DNA from: Thermoproteota archaeon
GTDB taxonomy: Archaea; Thermoproteota; Methanomethylicia; Methanomethylicales; Methanomethylicaceae
Reading direction: 5' to 3'
Assembly: GCA_030055575.1 (NCBI GenBank)
Contig: JASFYL010000001.1
Coordinates: forward strand, 3,545-67,544
DNA: 64,000 bases
Shown here piece after piece: positions 38,558 to 48,491 of this stretch. How positions within the stretch are numbered: the stretch's first letter is position 1; every line of letters starts with the position of its first letter. The position numbers and the translations under genes were made by a program. The notes under the pieces are model-generated. The model made no database searches and was not told the DNA's origin. It was given only the letters and a program-made list of their open reading frames with translations.

Positions 38558-39343
38558 TCAATATTCCTTATAGTCCTTGAATACCGGCATCTTTTCTCTT
38601 AATTCCTTTACCTTCTCGGTTTTTAGCTCGCCTAAGATGATCCCTTCTCCCCTGTCTGCCATACTAACGATCCTACCCCAAGGGTCAATGATGCAGCTGT
38701 GTCCATAAAACTTGAAACCGTTTTCTGGTGCTCCTGCTTGGTTTGCGGCTATCACATAGGTCAGATTCTCGATTGCCCTCGCCCTCAATAGAGTTGTCCA
38801 GTGCGCTCTTCCTGTTTCCTCAAGGAATGCTGCTACATTTATTATTGCTTCCGCTCCGCTTAGTGCTTCTGCCCTAAAAATCTCGGGAAACCTTAAGTCG
38901 TAGCAGATCGTTATGCCTGTTTTTATTCCGCAGATATCGGCAACGAGTGGGTCTTTCCCTGCCAAGAAAACGTCGCTTTCTTTAATTTTGCCGTAGTTAA
39001 AGAGGTGGTTCTTCCTATATTTTCCGAGGATCCCTTTCTTAGTAACCACAAATGCAGTATTATACATTTTTGGTCCTTCGCTTTCGATTATGCTTCCCGC
39101 CACTATCGCGATTTCTTCTTCTTTAGAAAGTTCCCTGATCAGGCTTATCGTTTGCCCTTCTTCATTTTCCGCGTTCGGAATACATTCCTCCTTTGTCATC
39201 CTTCGGGGTAAGAAGTTGAAGAGCTCCGGGAGAACAGCGATGTCGGCTTCATTGTTGGCAGCCTCTCTTATCATCTGTACTGCCTTCTGCAAATTCCGTC
39301 TCTTGTCTGCACAACTTGCCATTTGGAGAAGTGCTAACCTCAA
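38558..39343 (-). CDS. Nitrilase-superfamily carbon-nitrogen hydrolase (Nit/omega-amidase-like)
   Basis: LPELF, YRKNHLF, ICYDLRFPE, ARAIEN. Confidence 0.92.
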   Translation of the reverse strand: MRLALLQMASCADKRRNLQKAVQMIREAANNEADIAVLPELFNFLPRRMTKEECIPNAENEEGQTISLIRELSKEEEIAIVAGSIIESEGPKMYNTAFVVTKKGILGKYRKNHLFNYGKIKESDVFLAGKDPLVADICGIKTGITICYDLRFPEIFRAEALSGAEAIINVAAFLEETGRAHWTTLLRARAIENLTYVIAANQAGAPENGFKFYGHSCIIDPWGRIVSMADRGEGIILGELKTEKVKELREKMPVFKDYKEY

Positions 39344-39465
39344 TCCACGCGCCCCCGTTCGGTCGATTAGACATACACTTGCGCATTGTTGTTAGTCTTC
39401 ATTAAGAAATTCTTATATACTGGAAGTGTTTTATTCGTTTGCTCTAAAACTGGAGGTGTAAGGTA

Positions 39466-39609
39466 ATGCCGCAATGTCCGCTGTTTGAGGTTTACAAGAC
39501 CCCGTCAGGTAGCGTATATTATATCTGCCACCGCCCGCCCTTTGGTGAGGAAGGTACAATGCTACCCAACGGAGAACTGCAGTGCCAGAAATGCGATAAA
39601 AGGAAGTAA
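39466..39609 (+). CDS. Small Cys-rich protein (47 aa, absent from ORF track)
   Basis: TTATATA about 50 nt upstream, GGAGGTG RBS, MPQCPLFEVYKTPSGSVYYICHRPPFGEEGTMLPNGELQCQKCDKRK. Confidence 0.7.
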   Translation: MPQCPLFEVYKTPSGSVYYICHRPPFGEEGTMLPNGELQCQKCDKRK

Positions 39610-39642
39610 TGTTTATCTATTTTCAAATACAACATTAATAAA

Positions 39643-39924
39643 CTAAATATTCTTTTTAAACAAGTTAAAAGGTTTGCCCTCTCCGACGATTTTCTTGGGG
39701 ACCTTGTCTTCCCATCTTCTCAAAAATTCGGTATCCTCCTCCATCTCCCTAAGTTCATCAGGCAGCATATGAGGGATTGTCTCTTTTATTGGATACCACC
39801 TGTTGCAACTATTGCATATTATGATCCCTTCGTCGATCTCATTTTCCTCGCTGAAAACGATCAGTTCGAGGGGATGGTTCCTGCACATTGGACAAGCCAG
39901 TATTTCCATGAGTCTTCTCTTCAT
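39643..39924 (-). CDS. Trm112 family methyltransferase activator
   Basis: LMEILACPMC...CNSCNRWYPIKETIPHMLP. Confidence 0.9.
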   Translation of the reverse strand: MKRRLMEILACPMCRNHPLELIVFSEENEIDEGIIICNSCNRWYPIKETIPHMLPDELREMEEDTEFLRRWEDKVPKKIVGEGKPFNLFKKNI

Positions 39925-39991
39925 ACATGTCTCCCGGATATGTTGTAAGGGATCGACCGATAATAACTGTTTCCAAAAAAAAGAAAGGAGA

Positions 39992-41356
39992 CTAAAGCCT
40001 CCGTATGTATCTCTCAACTTCCCAATTAGTCACTTGGAGCCTGTATGTGTCCCACTCCTTCCTCTTCACGGATAAGTAGTTCTCGAACGCAACCTCCCCT
40101 AGAACCTCTTTCATGAATTCGCTCCTCTCCGTTTCGTCTAGCGCCTCCTTCAGGGACTCTGGTAAGGAAACGATGTTCTTCGCCTTTCTCTCCTCATAGC
40201 TCATCTTGTATACGTTAAGCTCCGTCGGTGGACCGGGATCTATCTTATTCTTAATCCCGTCTAGCATCGCCATTGCCAAGACTGCGAACTGAAGGTACGG
40301 GTTACCTGCAGGATCTGGGCACCTGATCTCGAACCTCGCCGCGTTTTTCCTTCCGCCGAAGTTAGGGACCCTTATCAGCGGAGACCTGTTCTTGAAAGCC
40401 CATGCAATATAGACGGGTGCCTCATAACCGGGTACGAGCCTCTTGTATGAGTTCGGCCAAGAGGCGAGTACTGAGCACATTTCCCTCCCATGCTTGAGCT
40501 GCCCTCCTATGCTGTACTTGGCTATGTCTGATAGGTAGCTCTTGTCTGGATCCTCTGAGTAGAACATGTTCTTGGTAAGGTCAAGGTTCCAAAGGCTTTG
40601 ATGTACGTGCATCCCAGATCCATTCACACCGAAGAATGGCTTTGGCATATATGTAGCGATATACCCATTCTTGGCAGCCACCACTTTGGTGACCATCTTC
40701 ATAGTGATGGCCCTGTCTGCGGTCGCAAGTCCTTCGTCGTATTTGAAGTCGATCTCGTTCTGACCTAGGGCAACCTCATGGTGGGATATCTCTATGTTTA
40801 TTCCGAACGCCTCCGCCGTATCCGCAATCTCTCTCCTCAGGTCGTCAGTGAGGTCACCCGGATGGAAGTCAAAGTAGCCAGCCATGTCTATTGGCTTGGG
40901 CACTTGCGATCCTTCGTCTTCTTTCAGTATAAAGAACTCGAGCTCTGGAGCGCAGAAGTATCTAAACCCCGCTTCCTTGCACCTCTCCAGAGCTCTTTCC
41001 AAGATGTATCTTGGATCTCCCTCAAACCTCTTATTGTCGGGCGTGTAGACGTCGCATATCATCCTGCATGAGGACTTTTCTTTGACCCTCCACGGAATGA
41101 CAGAGAAAGTCGTGGGATCAGGGTATAGTACCATGTCCGACTCTTCGATTGGTCTGTACCCAGTAATCGAGGATCCGTCGAAAGACTGCCCATTTTCGAA
41201 CATGCTTTCTATGTTCTTGGAGCTCACTGCTAGGCTCTTTAGAATCCCGTTCAGGTCGGTGAACTGCAGCCTTACGAATTTTATGTTGTTCTCGTTTATC
41301 TCGTTGACGACTCTGGTCACGTTCTCTCTCCATACTGCATCCTTAAAGTTTTTCAT
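39992..41356 (-). CDS. glnA: Glutamine synthetase type I
   Basis: FDGSSI, PELEFF, HHEVA, NGSGMH, RLVPGYEAP, NRSPLIRVP. Confidence 0.95.
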   Translation of the reverse strand: MKNFKDAVWRENVTRVVNEINENNIKFVRLQFTDLNGILKSLAVSSKNIESMFENGQSFDGSSITGYRPIEESDMVLYPDPTTFSVIPWRVKEKSSCRMICDVYTPDNKRFEGDPRYILERALERCKEAGFRYFCAPELEFFILKEDEGSQVPKPIDMAGYFDFHPGDLTDDLRREIADTAEAFGINIEISHHEVALGQNEIDFKYDEGLATADRAITMKMVTKVVAAKNGYIATYMPKPFFGVNGSGMHVHQSLWNLDLTKNMFYSEDPDKSYLSDIAKYSIGGQLKHGREMCSVLASWPNSYKRLVPGYEAPVYIAWAFKNRSPLIRVPNFGGRKNAARFEIRCPDPAGNPYLQFAVLAMAMLDGIKNKIDPGPPTELNVYKMSYEERKAKNIVSLPESLKEALDETERSEFMKEVLGEVAFENYLSVKRKEWDTYRLQVTNWEVERYIRRL

Positions 41357-41476
41357 ACGACCACCGATCAAACAACAATCTTAAGCAGATACTTGTGATC
41401 GCATATAAAATTTTCCGTTAAAAAAATTAAAAATATTCAACTGAAACCCTTGAAATATGAACACAATACTACATAC

Positions 41477-41498
41477 AAAAAAACGCCCCCAAGGGGGC
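41477..41498 (-). terminator. GC hairpin plus T-tract terminator after superoxide reductase
   Basis: GCCCCC-TT-GGGGGC followed by GTTTTTTT on the minus strand. Confidence 0.6.
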
Positions 41499-41507
41499 TG
41501 ATTTTTG

Positions 41508-41888
41508 TTACTTGTTGGAGGACCAAAGATTGTGTATGTTGCAGTATTCCCGGGCTTTCTTTACTTCTTTGCCTGTGTCCAACTCAAGCTCCGGGAAGTC
41601 ATCTGGCGTCAGGAACTTTATCGTTACTGCATCGTCAGTCCAAGCTTCTATCCACTCTATGTAATGCTCTGGCATCATCGGATGGGTGGTTGAGCCAACC
41701 TTTACTTTGAACCCTCTTTCCGTCCTCTCGATAACTGGCACATGCTTCTCCTTGCCCATCTCCGCAGTCTTCTCTGTCATGAGCTTCATCGGTTTTCCGC
41801 AACACACAAGCTGTCCAGGACCTGCATGGACTACCATCACAATGTTGCCGCAGATCTCGCACTTGTAGATCTCCATTCTCTGTGTCAT
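41508..41888 (-). CDS. dfx: Desulfoferrodoxin (2Fe superoxide reductase)
   Basis: CEICGN...CCG, EKHVP, HPM, HYIEWI, YCNIHNLW. Confidence 0.96.
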   Translation of the reverse strand: MTQRMEIYKCEICGNIVMVVHAGPGQLVCCGKPMKLMTEKTAEMGKEKHVPVIERTERGFKVKVGSTTHPMMPEHYIEWIEAWTDDAVTIKFLTPDDFPELELDTGKEVKKAREYCNIHNLWSSNK

Positions 41889-41894
41889 TTCAAT

Positions 41895-42560
41895 TTACTC
41901 TCCTATTTCTCTGTAACAGAACCACCAATCATATCCGTTGAACATATTTAATCTCTTCTTGGCTTCATCAGTATTATTTGGCGGTGGAATTATCGCTTTA
42001 TTTCCGATCAACTCATTGTTAGGCCAGTTCGCTGGGAGTGCAACATTTTCCTTGTCGCTGATCTGTAAAGCTTTAACCAGTCTTAAGATCTCGTCAATGT
42101 TTCTGCCGACGGACATGGGATAATACAGTATTGCCCTGACCACACTCTCTGGATCGATTATGAATACGGCTCGGACTGCTTGGGTTCCCTTAGCCTCCTG
42201 GTGTAACATCCCATAGAGTGTAGCTATCTTGCCCGTATTGTCTGCGATTATGGGAAATGGTATTTCTACCTTCAAATTTTCTGCAATCCACTCCTCCCAT
42301 TTTATATGTGAGTATATCTGGTCTATCGAGAGCCCCAGTAGCTCTACATTCATTGACTTAAACTGGTTGTATCTCTTGGCGAATGCTACAAATTCCGTCG
42401 TACAAACCGGGGTGTAATCTGCTGGATGACTGAAGAGAACAACCCATTTGCCCTTGTAATCGTCTGGGAAGTTTACTGGTCCCTTTGTTGTCTGCGCTGA
42501 GAATGCTGGTGCCTTATCCCCTATAAGGGGTAAGTTCCTGTTTTCTGAAATTTTTATCAC
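41895..42560 (-). CDS. Peroxiredoxin (Prx6/archaeal type)
   Basis: [27 protein letters not shown]. Confidence 0.95.
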   Translation of the reverse strand: MIKISENRNLPLIGDKAPAFSAQTTKGPVNFPDDYKGKWVVLFSHPADYTPVCTTEFVAFAKRYNQFKSMNVELLGLSIDQIYSHIKWEEWIAENLKVEIPFPIIADNTGKIATLYGMLHQEAKGTQAVRAVFIIDPESVVRAILYYPMSVGRNIDEILRLVKALQISDKENVALPANWPNNELIGNKAIIPPPNNTDEAKKRLNMFNGYDWWFCYREIGE

Positions 42561-42644
42561 CTATTTTTAGGTTAGCTTCCTTCTTAATAAACTTAAGCGA
42601 CTGTAAGCAAACTTTAACTATTTCTATAAACGTAAATTTACGTG

Positions 42645-43526
42645 ATGTCCCAGTCCAGAACAAAGCAATCGGTGGATAAGCTCAACAGACTGTACTCTAA
42701 CGAGATGCATGTTCACGTGACCCTTGAAGAATGCAGGGCGCTAGAAGTAGTTTTTTCGGGCGGAATCATTGGAAGCTGCTGCGCCCGCGACTACTTCGAT
42801 GATCTTGGGATCGTTCTATCTGAGACCCATGGCGTTGATTATGTTTACTGGGACGCTCGGCTAAATCGAGCTAGCCCCCCTTACTATTTGGTTAGATACG
42901 CGCGCATCGACTTCCTCGACGAACTGAAGAAGGTAATGCCGGAAGCAGAGCCAATGGTAAAGAAAAGAATTGAAGAATTTGCTAAAGTGGGTGCAAGCAT
43001 GAATCCTGATCGGATCTTCAGTGAGTTGTGCTTCTGTATCTTAACAGCGAACTGTAGCGCAGAAGGGGGCATCAGGATCCAACAGACCGTTGGGGATGGA
43101 TTCAGAAGCATTGAACAGAAAGAACTAACCTCAATTTTGAGATCTTTGGGTTACCGGTTCCCGAACAGGCGCTCCGAATTCATCTGCACAGCGAAGGGGT
43201 CCATTCCTAAAATAATGGATGCGTTACACATGGACGACCGGATGGCTAGGGAGTGGCTGGTGGAGAATATAAAAGGCATCGGGTACAAGGAGGCGAGTCA
43301 CTTCCTTAGAAACATAGGTAGGAATGATCTGGCAATCATAGACAGACATGTGTTGCGTTTCCTGCTCCAGAAGGGATTGATACTAAAAACTCCAAAGTCC
43401 CTCTCAAGGACTTCTTATATGGCTTTCGAGACGCTTCTTGCAAAGATTTCTGAGAAATTGGGAATAACCTTGGCAGAGCTCGACCTCTATATATGGTACC
43501 TAATGACCGGAAAAGTATTGAAATGA
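42645..43526 (+). CDS. ogg: Ogg2-type 8-oxoguanine glycosylase/AP lyase with an extra N-terminal domain
   Basis: ELCFCILTAN, HhH KGIGYKEASHFLRN, IIDRH, C-terminal TGKVLK. Confidence 0.88.
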   Translation: MSQSRTKQSVDKLNRLYSNEMHVHVTLEECRALEVVFSGGIIGSCCARDYFDDLGIVLSETHGVDYVYWDARLNRASPPYYLVRYARIDFLDELKKVMPEAEPMVKKRIEEFAKVGASMNPDRIFSELCFCILTANCSAEGGIRIQQTVGDGFRSIEQKELTSILRSLGYRFPNRRSEFICTAKGSIPKIMDALHMDDRMAREWLVENIKGIGYKEASHFLRNIGRNDLAIIDRHVLRFLLQKGLILKTPKSLSRTSYMAFETLLAKISEKLGITLAELDLYIWYLMTGKVLK

Positions 43527-43606
43527 CGACGCGATTAAATCATAAACGGCTCGTGTGTTTAAATCTATGTTGCTTGTATCTTTGATCAGTTAGTAGAGGC
43601 GTTTGA

Positions 43607-44419
43607 ATGATGGGGTCTAAAATAGATGATCTTGTACCCCTCGAAGAGCTCATATCGCTTCGGGAGAAAACGGCATTGATAACTGGGTCAGCGACAGGAA
43701 TAGGAAAGGCGATTGCCCGTAGATTTGCTGAAGCGGGTGCTAATTTGGAGCTTGTCGACATTAACGAAAAAGGTCTAGACGAGGTTAAGGGGGAACTTGA
43801 GAGTTACTGTGTGCGGGTAAACATCCATATAGTCGACTTGTCCAAGAAGGCGCAAATAGATTCCCTGTGGGAGGGGCTGTCTGGAAAAGAACCTGATATA
43901 TTGGTTAACAATGCAGGGATCTACCCATCCAAGTCGTTTTTAGACGTAGACGAGGTTTTCTTGGATAAAGTGATGGGAGTCAACTTGGAGTCCGTCTTCT
44001 GGATGTGCCAGCAGATGATACGAAGAAGACTAAAAAAAGGCGGCATAATCATCAATATGGGCTCGATCGAAGCAGTGATGCCTCTGAAGGAGGGGCTCTC
44101 TCATTACGATGCCAGCAAAGCTGGCGTAATGGTGCTTTCGAGAGCCTTGGCGAGCGAATACGGAAAGCATGGTTTCAGAATAAATGTTCTGGTCCCGGGA
44201 GGGATCTGGACGTCAGGCACTAAAAGTTTGGCGCTGGAAGCGATTAAGTTAAACATGAATGTTGTAAAATCCGGAATAGAATATGATATGCGAACCCCTC
44301 TTAGGCGTTTAGGGAAGCCAGATGAAGTTGCACGTATGGCTTTGGTTCTGGCAAGCGACCTGTCGAGTTATGTAAACGGTGCGCTGATAGTTGTCGACGG
44401 GGGCTTTCTTTCTGCTTAA
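43607..44419 (+). CDS. Short-chain dehydrogenase/reductase
   Basis: TGSATGIG, NNAG, YDASK, VDGG. Confidence 0.92.
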   Translation: MMGSKIDDLVPLEELISLREKTALITGSATGIGKAIARRFAEAGANLELVDINEKGLDEVKGELESYCVRVNIHIVDLSKKAQIDSLWEGLSGKEPDILVNNAGIYPSKSFLDVDEVFLDKVMGVNLESVFWMCQQMIRRRLKKGGIIINMGSIEAVMPLKEGLSHYDASKAGVMVLSRALASEYGKHGFRINVLVPGGIWTSGTKSLALEAIKLNMNVVKSGIEYDMRTPLRRLGKPDEVARMALVLASDLSSYVNGALIVVDGGFLSA

Positions 44420-44611
44420 TTGTGTGGAGATGTGCCTGCTCGATCCAAAATTGTGCCCATGAAGGAAATTTGAACCAACCACTGACATTCATTTCCTTAG
44501 GATGATGTATTTAGAGGAGAAGAATTAGCTCATTAAAAATAAGGACCTGTTTAGGCACATTAAGAAAATGTTTTATAAAATATCAAACAATTCTCCTATG
44601 GGGGAGTTGTA

Positions 44612-45187
44612 TTGGAAAATGTTAATGAACCGTTAATGTTTTACGTAGGGAAGAATTTTTTCGATAAGTCAAAAAAAGTTTTCAACTTGGGTTTTGTCGT
44701 CAAGAAGCCTCTATTGCAGATCCTTCAGAGCTTAGGGTTCAGACCCGCTGACATGAGCAGCGACGAGGCTAAGAGATCTCTAGAGGAGTTCTCCAAGACC
44801 AGCGGCATGACGATAACGCAATCACAGTACCTGAAGGAGATTTCACTCTCACTCCTAACCCCTGCTTGGCTTGTTAAATCCTTCAAGGGAACAATGGTTA
44901 ATTTCGTCGGAGCATACGATTTGGGTTTCAGCATGATTGTCGAGTTCCTAACGGGGATAACGAGGATACTGAAGCCGCCAATAAGTAGTTACCTCTGGAT
45001 TGTGATCCCAAAGTCCCAGGATGGTGTAGCAAAAACCTTGGATATACTTAAAAATATAAGGGATCGGGTGAAGGAACCTCCGATAACTTCTGAGGAGTGG
45101 GAGGCGGTAAAGCCGGTGATTGAAAAGCTTTCAAACAGCGGCTTCAACATAAGGGGTTTGAAGGAGAATCTTTGGTCAAGCATATGA
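44612..45187 (+). CDS. Hypothetical protein
   Basis: 191-aa ORF with GGGGAG RBS and TTTTATAAA upstream; no recognised motif. Confidence 0.7.
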   Translation: MENVNEPLMFYVGKNFFDKSKKVFNLGFVVKKPLLQILQSLGFRPADMSSDEAKRSLEEFSKTSGMTITQSQYLKEISLSLLTPAWLVKSFKGTMVNFVGAYDLGFSMIVEFLTGITRILKPPISSYLWIVIPKSQDGVAKTLDILKNIRDRVKEPPITSEEWEAVKPVIEKLSNSGFNIRGLKENLWSSI

Positions 45188-45421
45188 CCAGTTGTTACTT
45201 CAAAACTATGAAATGTGGTTTTTCATTTTTTATTAACTGTTTTTTCTTCATGCGAATGTCTGTATAGCCTGTGCCCTTGTTTAAGAGGCTGTGTTGGCTG
45301 TTGTATTTGTGCCCAAATCCTACTCCTCACAACACTGTTGAAATTCGGAAGTGCTCCTTCTCGACGGTTTTCTTGAGATGACCACCTAGAATATGTCAAG
45401 CACTCTGGAGGATTATTTTAG

Positions 45422-45506
45422 TGCGGGGAGTGGGATTTGAACCCACGAAGGCCTTCGCCACAAGGTCCTGAGCCTTGCGCCTTTGACCTGACTTGGCGAC
45501 CCCCGC
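45422..45506 (-). tRNA. tRNA-Leu(CAG)
   Basis: Minus strand GCGGGGG...TCCCCGC-A; anticodon arm CAAGG-CTCAGGA-CCTTG; long variable arm. Confidence 0.96.
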
Positions 45507-45550
45507 CTGCCCTACTAATTTTATAAGGCTCACATATATTCTTAACAGGT

Positions 45551-46372
45551 ATGGACATCTCGCTCCTGAAAGAGATCTGCCGTGCAGAATGCGAGGCAAT
45601 TTCTAACCTGCCATCCTCATCCAAAGGAAAGATTGTGAAAAGGGGAGCCAGTGGTGACATTACAAAGATGATCGACAAGGTTGCCGAGGAGGCAGCTGTC
45701 AGATGCCTCCAGGAATTGGGGTTTGAGGGGAGCCTACTGAGCGAGGAGCTCGGTCTTGTGAAGATAGGTGGTGAGAACTACCCGCTTGTAGTGCTCGACC
45801 CCATAGACGGAACAACAAACGCAATCCGAGGGATAAACCTTTATTCAATCTCTGTCGCCCTCTCGGACGGTCCGCGCCTATCTGATATTGTGTCGGCAGC
45901 TGTGATGGAACTCCCCTCTAAGCGGCTCTTCAGCGCTGAAAAGGGAGCTGGGGCTTTCCTAGACGGTACTCGGATCAACACAAACGGACACGTCGCACTT
46001 TCGAATGCGTTGGTTGGCGTGGACTTCAATGTGAGGGGAAACCGAGGAAGAGTCTATGAGGTCCTCCCTGTCCTAATGGCAGTTAAGCACATCCGGAACT
46101 TAGGATCTGCAGCACTTGGTCTGTGTTATACTGCTTCTGGCTCGCTTGACTTCTATCTGGATAACCGATCTCTGCTCAGGGTTACCGATATAGCCTCCGC
46201 ATACCTCATCCTAAAGGAGGCAGGCGCTCAGGTTTTGGCTCTAGACGGGAGTGAACTCGACTGCCCACTGGATTTGACTGCTAGGATAGAACTGATTGCT
46301 GGAGAAGAGAAGATCTGTAGGGAAGTCCTTTCAATGATCGGTTCGAGGAATAATCGCCTTAATAAACTTTAA
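45551..46372 (+). CDS. suhB: Inositol monophosphatase/FBPase class IV
   Basis: SEE, LDPIDGTTN, RNLGSAAL, DIASA. Confidence 0.9.
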   Translation: MDISLLKEICRAECEAISNLPSSSKGKIVKRGASGDITKMIDKVAEEAAVRCLQELGFEGSLLSEELGLVKIGGENYPLVVLDPIDGTTNAIRGINLYSISVALSDGPRLSDIVSAAVMELPSKRLFSAEKGAGAFLDGTRINTNGHVALSNALVGVDFNVRGNRGRVYEVLPVLMAVKHIRNLGSAALGLCYTASGSLDFYLDNRSLLRVTDIASAYLILKEAGAQVLALDGSELDCPLDLTARIELIAGEEKICREVLSMIGSRNNRLNKL

Positions 46373-46382
46373 AAAAAGTGTC

Positions 46383-46637
46383 TCAGTCCTTAACCTGTTC
46401 GAGGATGCTGATGGCCTGCCAGATGGCAGTTCTTGCAAACAGCGGCATATTGGGATCCTGCCCACATTCCTCGAGTATGCTGATCGCGTTGGATGCCCTA
46501 ACTGCATCAGTGTATGTCTTGCCCTGCAGGATCTTCATCGCCTCTGATGCTGCCCTTCTGATGTTCCTCGGGACGCCGTTGTCATCCGCAATCCTTTGCA
46601 GGACATTGAGTGCCTGAATCATCTTGTCGCTACTCAT
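46383..46637 (-). CDS. UPF0147 family protein
   Basis: VPRNIRRAA, DPNMPLFARTAIW. Confidence 0.92.
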   Translation of the reverse strand: MSSDKMIQALNVLQRIADDNGVPRNIRRAASEAMKILQGKTYTDAVRASNAISILEECGQDPNMPLFARTAIWQAISILEQVKD

Positions 46638-46703
46638 TATTGAACCTCCTTTTCAGCAAATAGGCATATAATCCCCCTTATTACCTTTATTCTGTGTGGT
46701 TTC

Positions 46704-47057
46704 ATGCAATCGAATGACGCCCATGTCAAGCGTATGGCTGACCTCCTCAGAGAGGGAGCCGCTATGCTCTCCCAGATATGCCCTGACTGCAAGACGCCGC
46801 TCTTCCGCCTCTCTGGGGGCGAGGTTATATGCCCTGGGTGCAACAGGAGGGTTGTTTTCGCCAAGAGTACTGATACGGAGAGGGTGGCTACACAGGCAGC
46901 GGTTGCCTCGAGCCTCGAGGCGGTCATCATGAACAAGATATCTGATATTCGATCCTGTCTCGAGTCGACGACAGACCTCTTAGCGCTTGAGAAGCAAATA
47001 CGAGTCCTTTCTGCCCTCTTCGATCTCCTCGAGAAGGTCCGAAAGACAAAGCTGTGA
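46704..47057 (+). CDS. UPF0148/autoantigen p27-like Zn-ribbon protein
   Basis: MADLLREGAAMLSQICPDCKTPLF...CPGC. Confidence 0.88.
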   Translation: MQSNDAHVKRMADLLREGAAMLSQICPDCKTPLFRLSGGEVICPGCNRRVVFAKSTDTERVATQAAVASSLEAVIMNKISDIRSCLESTTDLLALEKQIRVLSALFDLLEKVRKTKL

Positions 47058-47088
47058 TTCGTAGCCGCCCTGCTATTCCTGCCAACTG

Positions 47089-47802
47089 TTATTTTTTACA
47101 TTCTTCGGTGTATCTCGAGGAGATTACCTCTCTGATTCTCTTAGCTTTCTTCGGTCCTATCTTGTCCACCCTCTGAAGCTCCTCTTCGCTCGCAGTGAAG
47201 ACCGCCTCTACACTTCCGAATTCTCTGAGCAGCCTCCTCGCCATAGTGGCCTCTATCATTGGAAGGCTGGCGACAATGTACTCCTTCTCCTCGTCTGGCG
47301 TCTTCGGGCGCCTCCTATCCTTGAGCGCAGGCCTGGATGCGCCGCCCCTCTGCTCCTTTTTGGCTATCGTGAGAATGAACCAAGCAGCATCCTCCGGTCC
47401 ATCGGCGTTTATCACAGGAATACCGAAGTCAAGAACCATGCTGACAATTGCCCCCCTTATCGCCTCCCTCGAAACCCCTGTCTGGGTTCTGTTACTGTCC
47501 TCAATGATTATTATCGGTCTCTGATAGCACTCTCTAAGTGCTTGAGCCTGCGCGAATAGGCGCTTGTCCACTATTGACGCCGAGAGATCTTGATAGGTCT
47601 TCCTTTCTATAGCGACCTCGCTCGAGACTACGTAATCCCCCACCTTCAGAGTCTTAAACTCGACCTTCACCCCGAGCTGCAAGAGTTCGCTTACGGTCTG
47701 GGATCCTTCTTCCCTCCTGTCGACTACCACCTCAAGCGCATCACGTTCTGTTCCAAGAAACTTGAGCAAGCCTTCACCCTGCCCAGGAGGCTGGTTGGGC
47801 AA
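47089..47802 (-). CDS. xpf: Short XPF/ERCC4 structure-specific endonuclease
   Basis: VDRRE, GDY, ERKTYQD, tandem HhH; no helicase domain. Confidence 0.92.
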   Translation of the reverse strand: MPNQPPGQGEGLLKFLGTERDALEVVVDRREEGSQTVSELLQLGVKVEFKTLKVGDYVVSSEVAIERKTYQDLSASIVDKRLFAQAQALRECYQRPIIIIEDSNRTQTGVSREAIRGAIVSMVLDFGIPVINADGPEDAAWFILTIAKKEQRGGASRPALKDRRRPKTPDEEKEYIVASLPMIEATMARRLLREFGSVEAVFTASEEELQRVDKIGPKKAKRIREVISSRYTEECKK

Positions 47803-47866
47803 GAGTAATCACCGACGGAATATCGACCAGATACGCATATAATCGAATCGATCCAGATCAGATGCC

Positions 47867-48481
47867 ATGCCAGAGTTGAAGCGTGGGATATTTGTTGCAC
47901 TGGAGGGAGTAGATGGCTCTGGATCTTCAACGCAGACAGAGATGCTTGTCTCCCTACTGAAGCGCAGGGGGTTCCGGTCGCTGGCAACAAAGGAACCGAA
48001 CCCGAGGGGTTTCATAGAACCTGCAATCAGGAGATCGCTCGCAGAGCCTTCTGGGGTCCCTGAGGTGGACGCTCTCCTCTTCGCAGCAGATAGGGTTGAC
48101 CACATTGAGCGGATAATAAAGCCTGCCCTCGAAGATCGGAATGTGGTGGTCTCGGACAGGTACCTCGAATCATCAGTGGCATACCAGACGGCACAAGGGC
48201 TTGAGGAAGAGTGGATCCTGCTTATAAACCGCCGCGCAATATCCCCTGATCTCACCATCATCATGGACATCGATCCCGAGGTCTCCCTCGGCAGGAAAGG
48301 TTCGCCACTCGATCGATACGAGAACCCAGATTTTCTCAGGGTCGTTAGGAAGAGGTTCTTGGAGAGGGCCAAGAAGAAGGGGTACGAAGTAGTGGATGCA
48401 TCCCGCCCATTGGACGAAGTCCACGCAGAGATCGTGAGGCGGGTTCTATCATTACTAAACTCTGAGATATTGGAGAAATAG
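47867..48481 (+). CDS. tmk: Thymidylate kinase
   Basis: EGVDGSGSST, LLFAADR, DRYLESSVAYQ. Confidence 0.93.
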   Translation: MPELKRGIFVALEGVDGSGSSTQTEMLVSLLKRRGFRSLATKEPNPRGFIEPAIRRSLAEPSGVPEVDALLFAADRVDHIERIIKPALEDRNVVVSDRYLESSVAYQTAQGLEEEWILLINRRAISPDLTIIMDIDPEVSLGRKGSPLDRYENPDFLRVVRKRFLERAKKKGYEVVDASRPLDEVHAEIVRRVLSLLNSEILEK

Positions 48482-48491
48482 CCACCTTGAA

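Noticed and set aside
41405-41420. Possible NrpR operator upstream of glnA
   Set aside because: Only a GGAA half-site on the minus strand, without the TTCC half at N6 spacing
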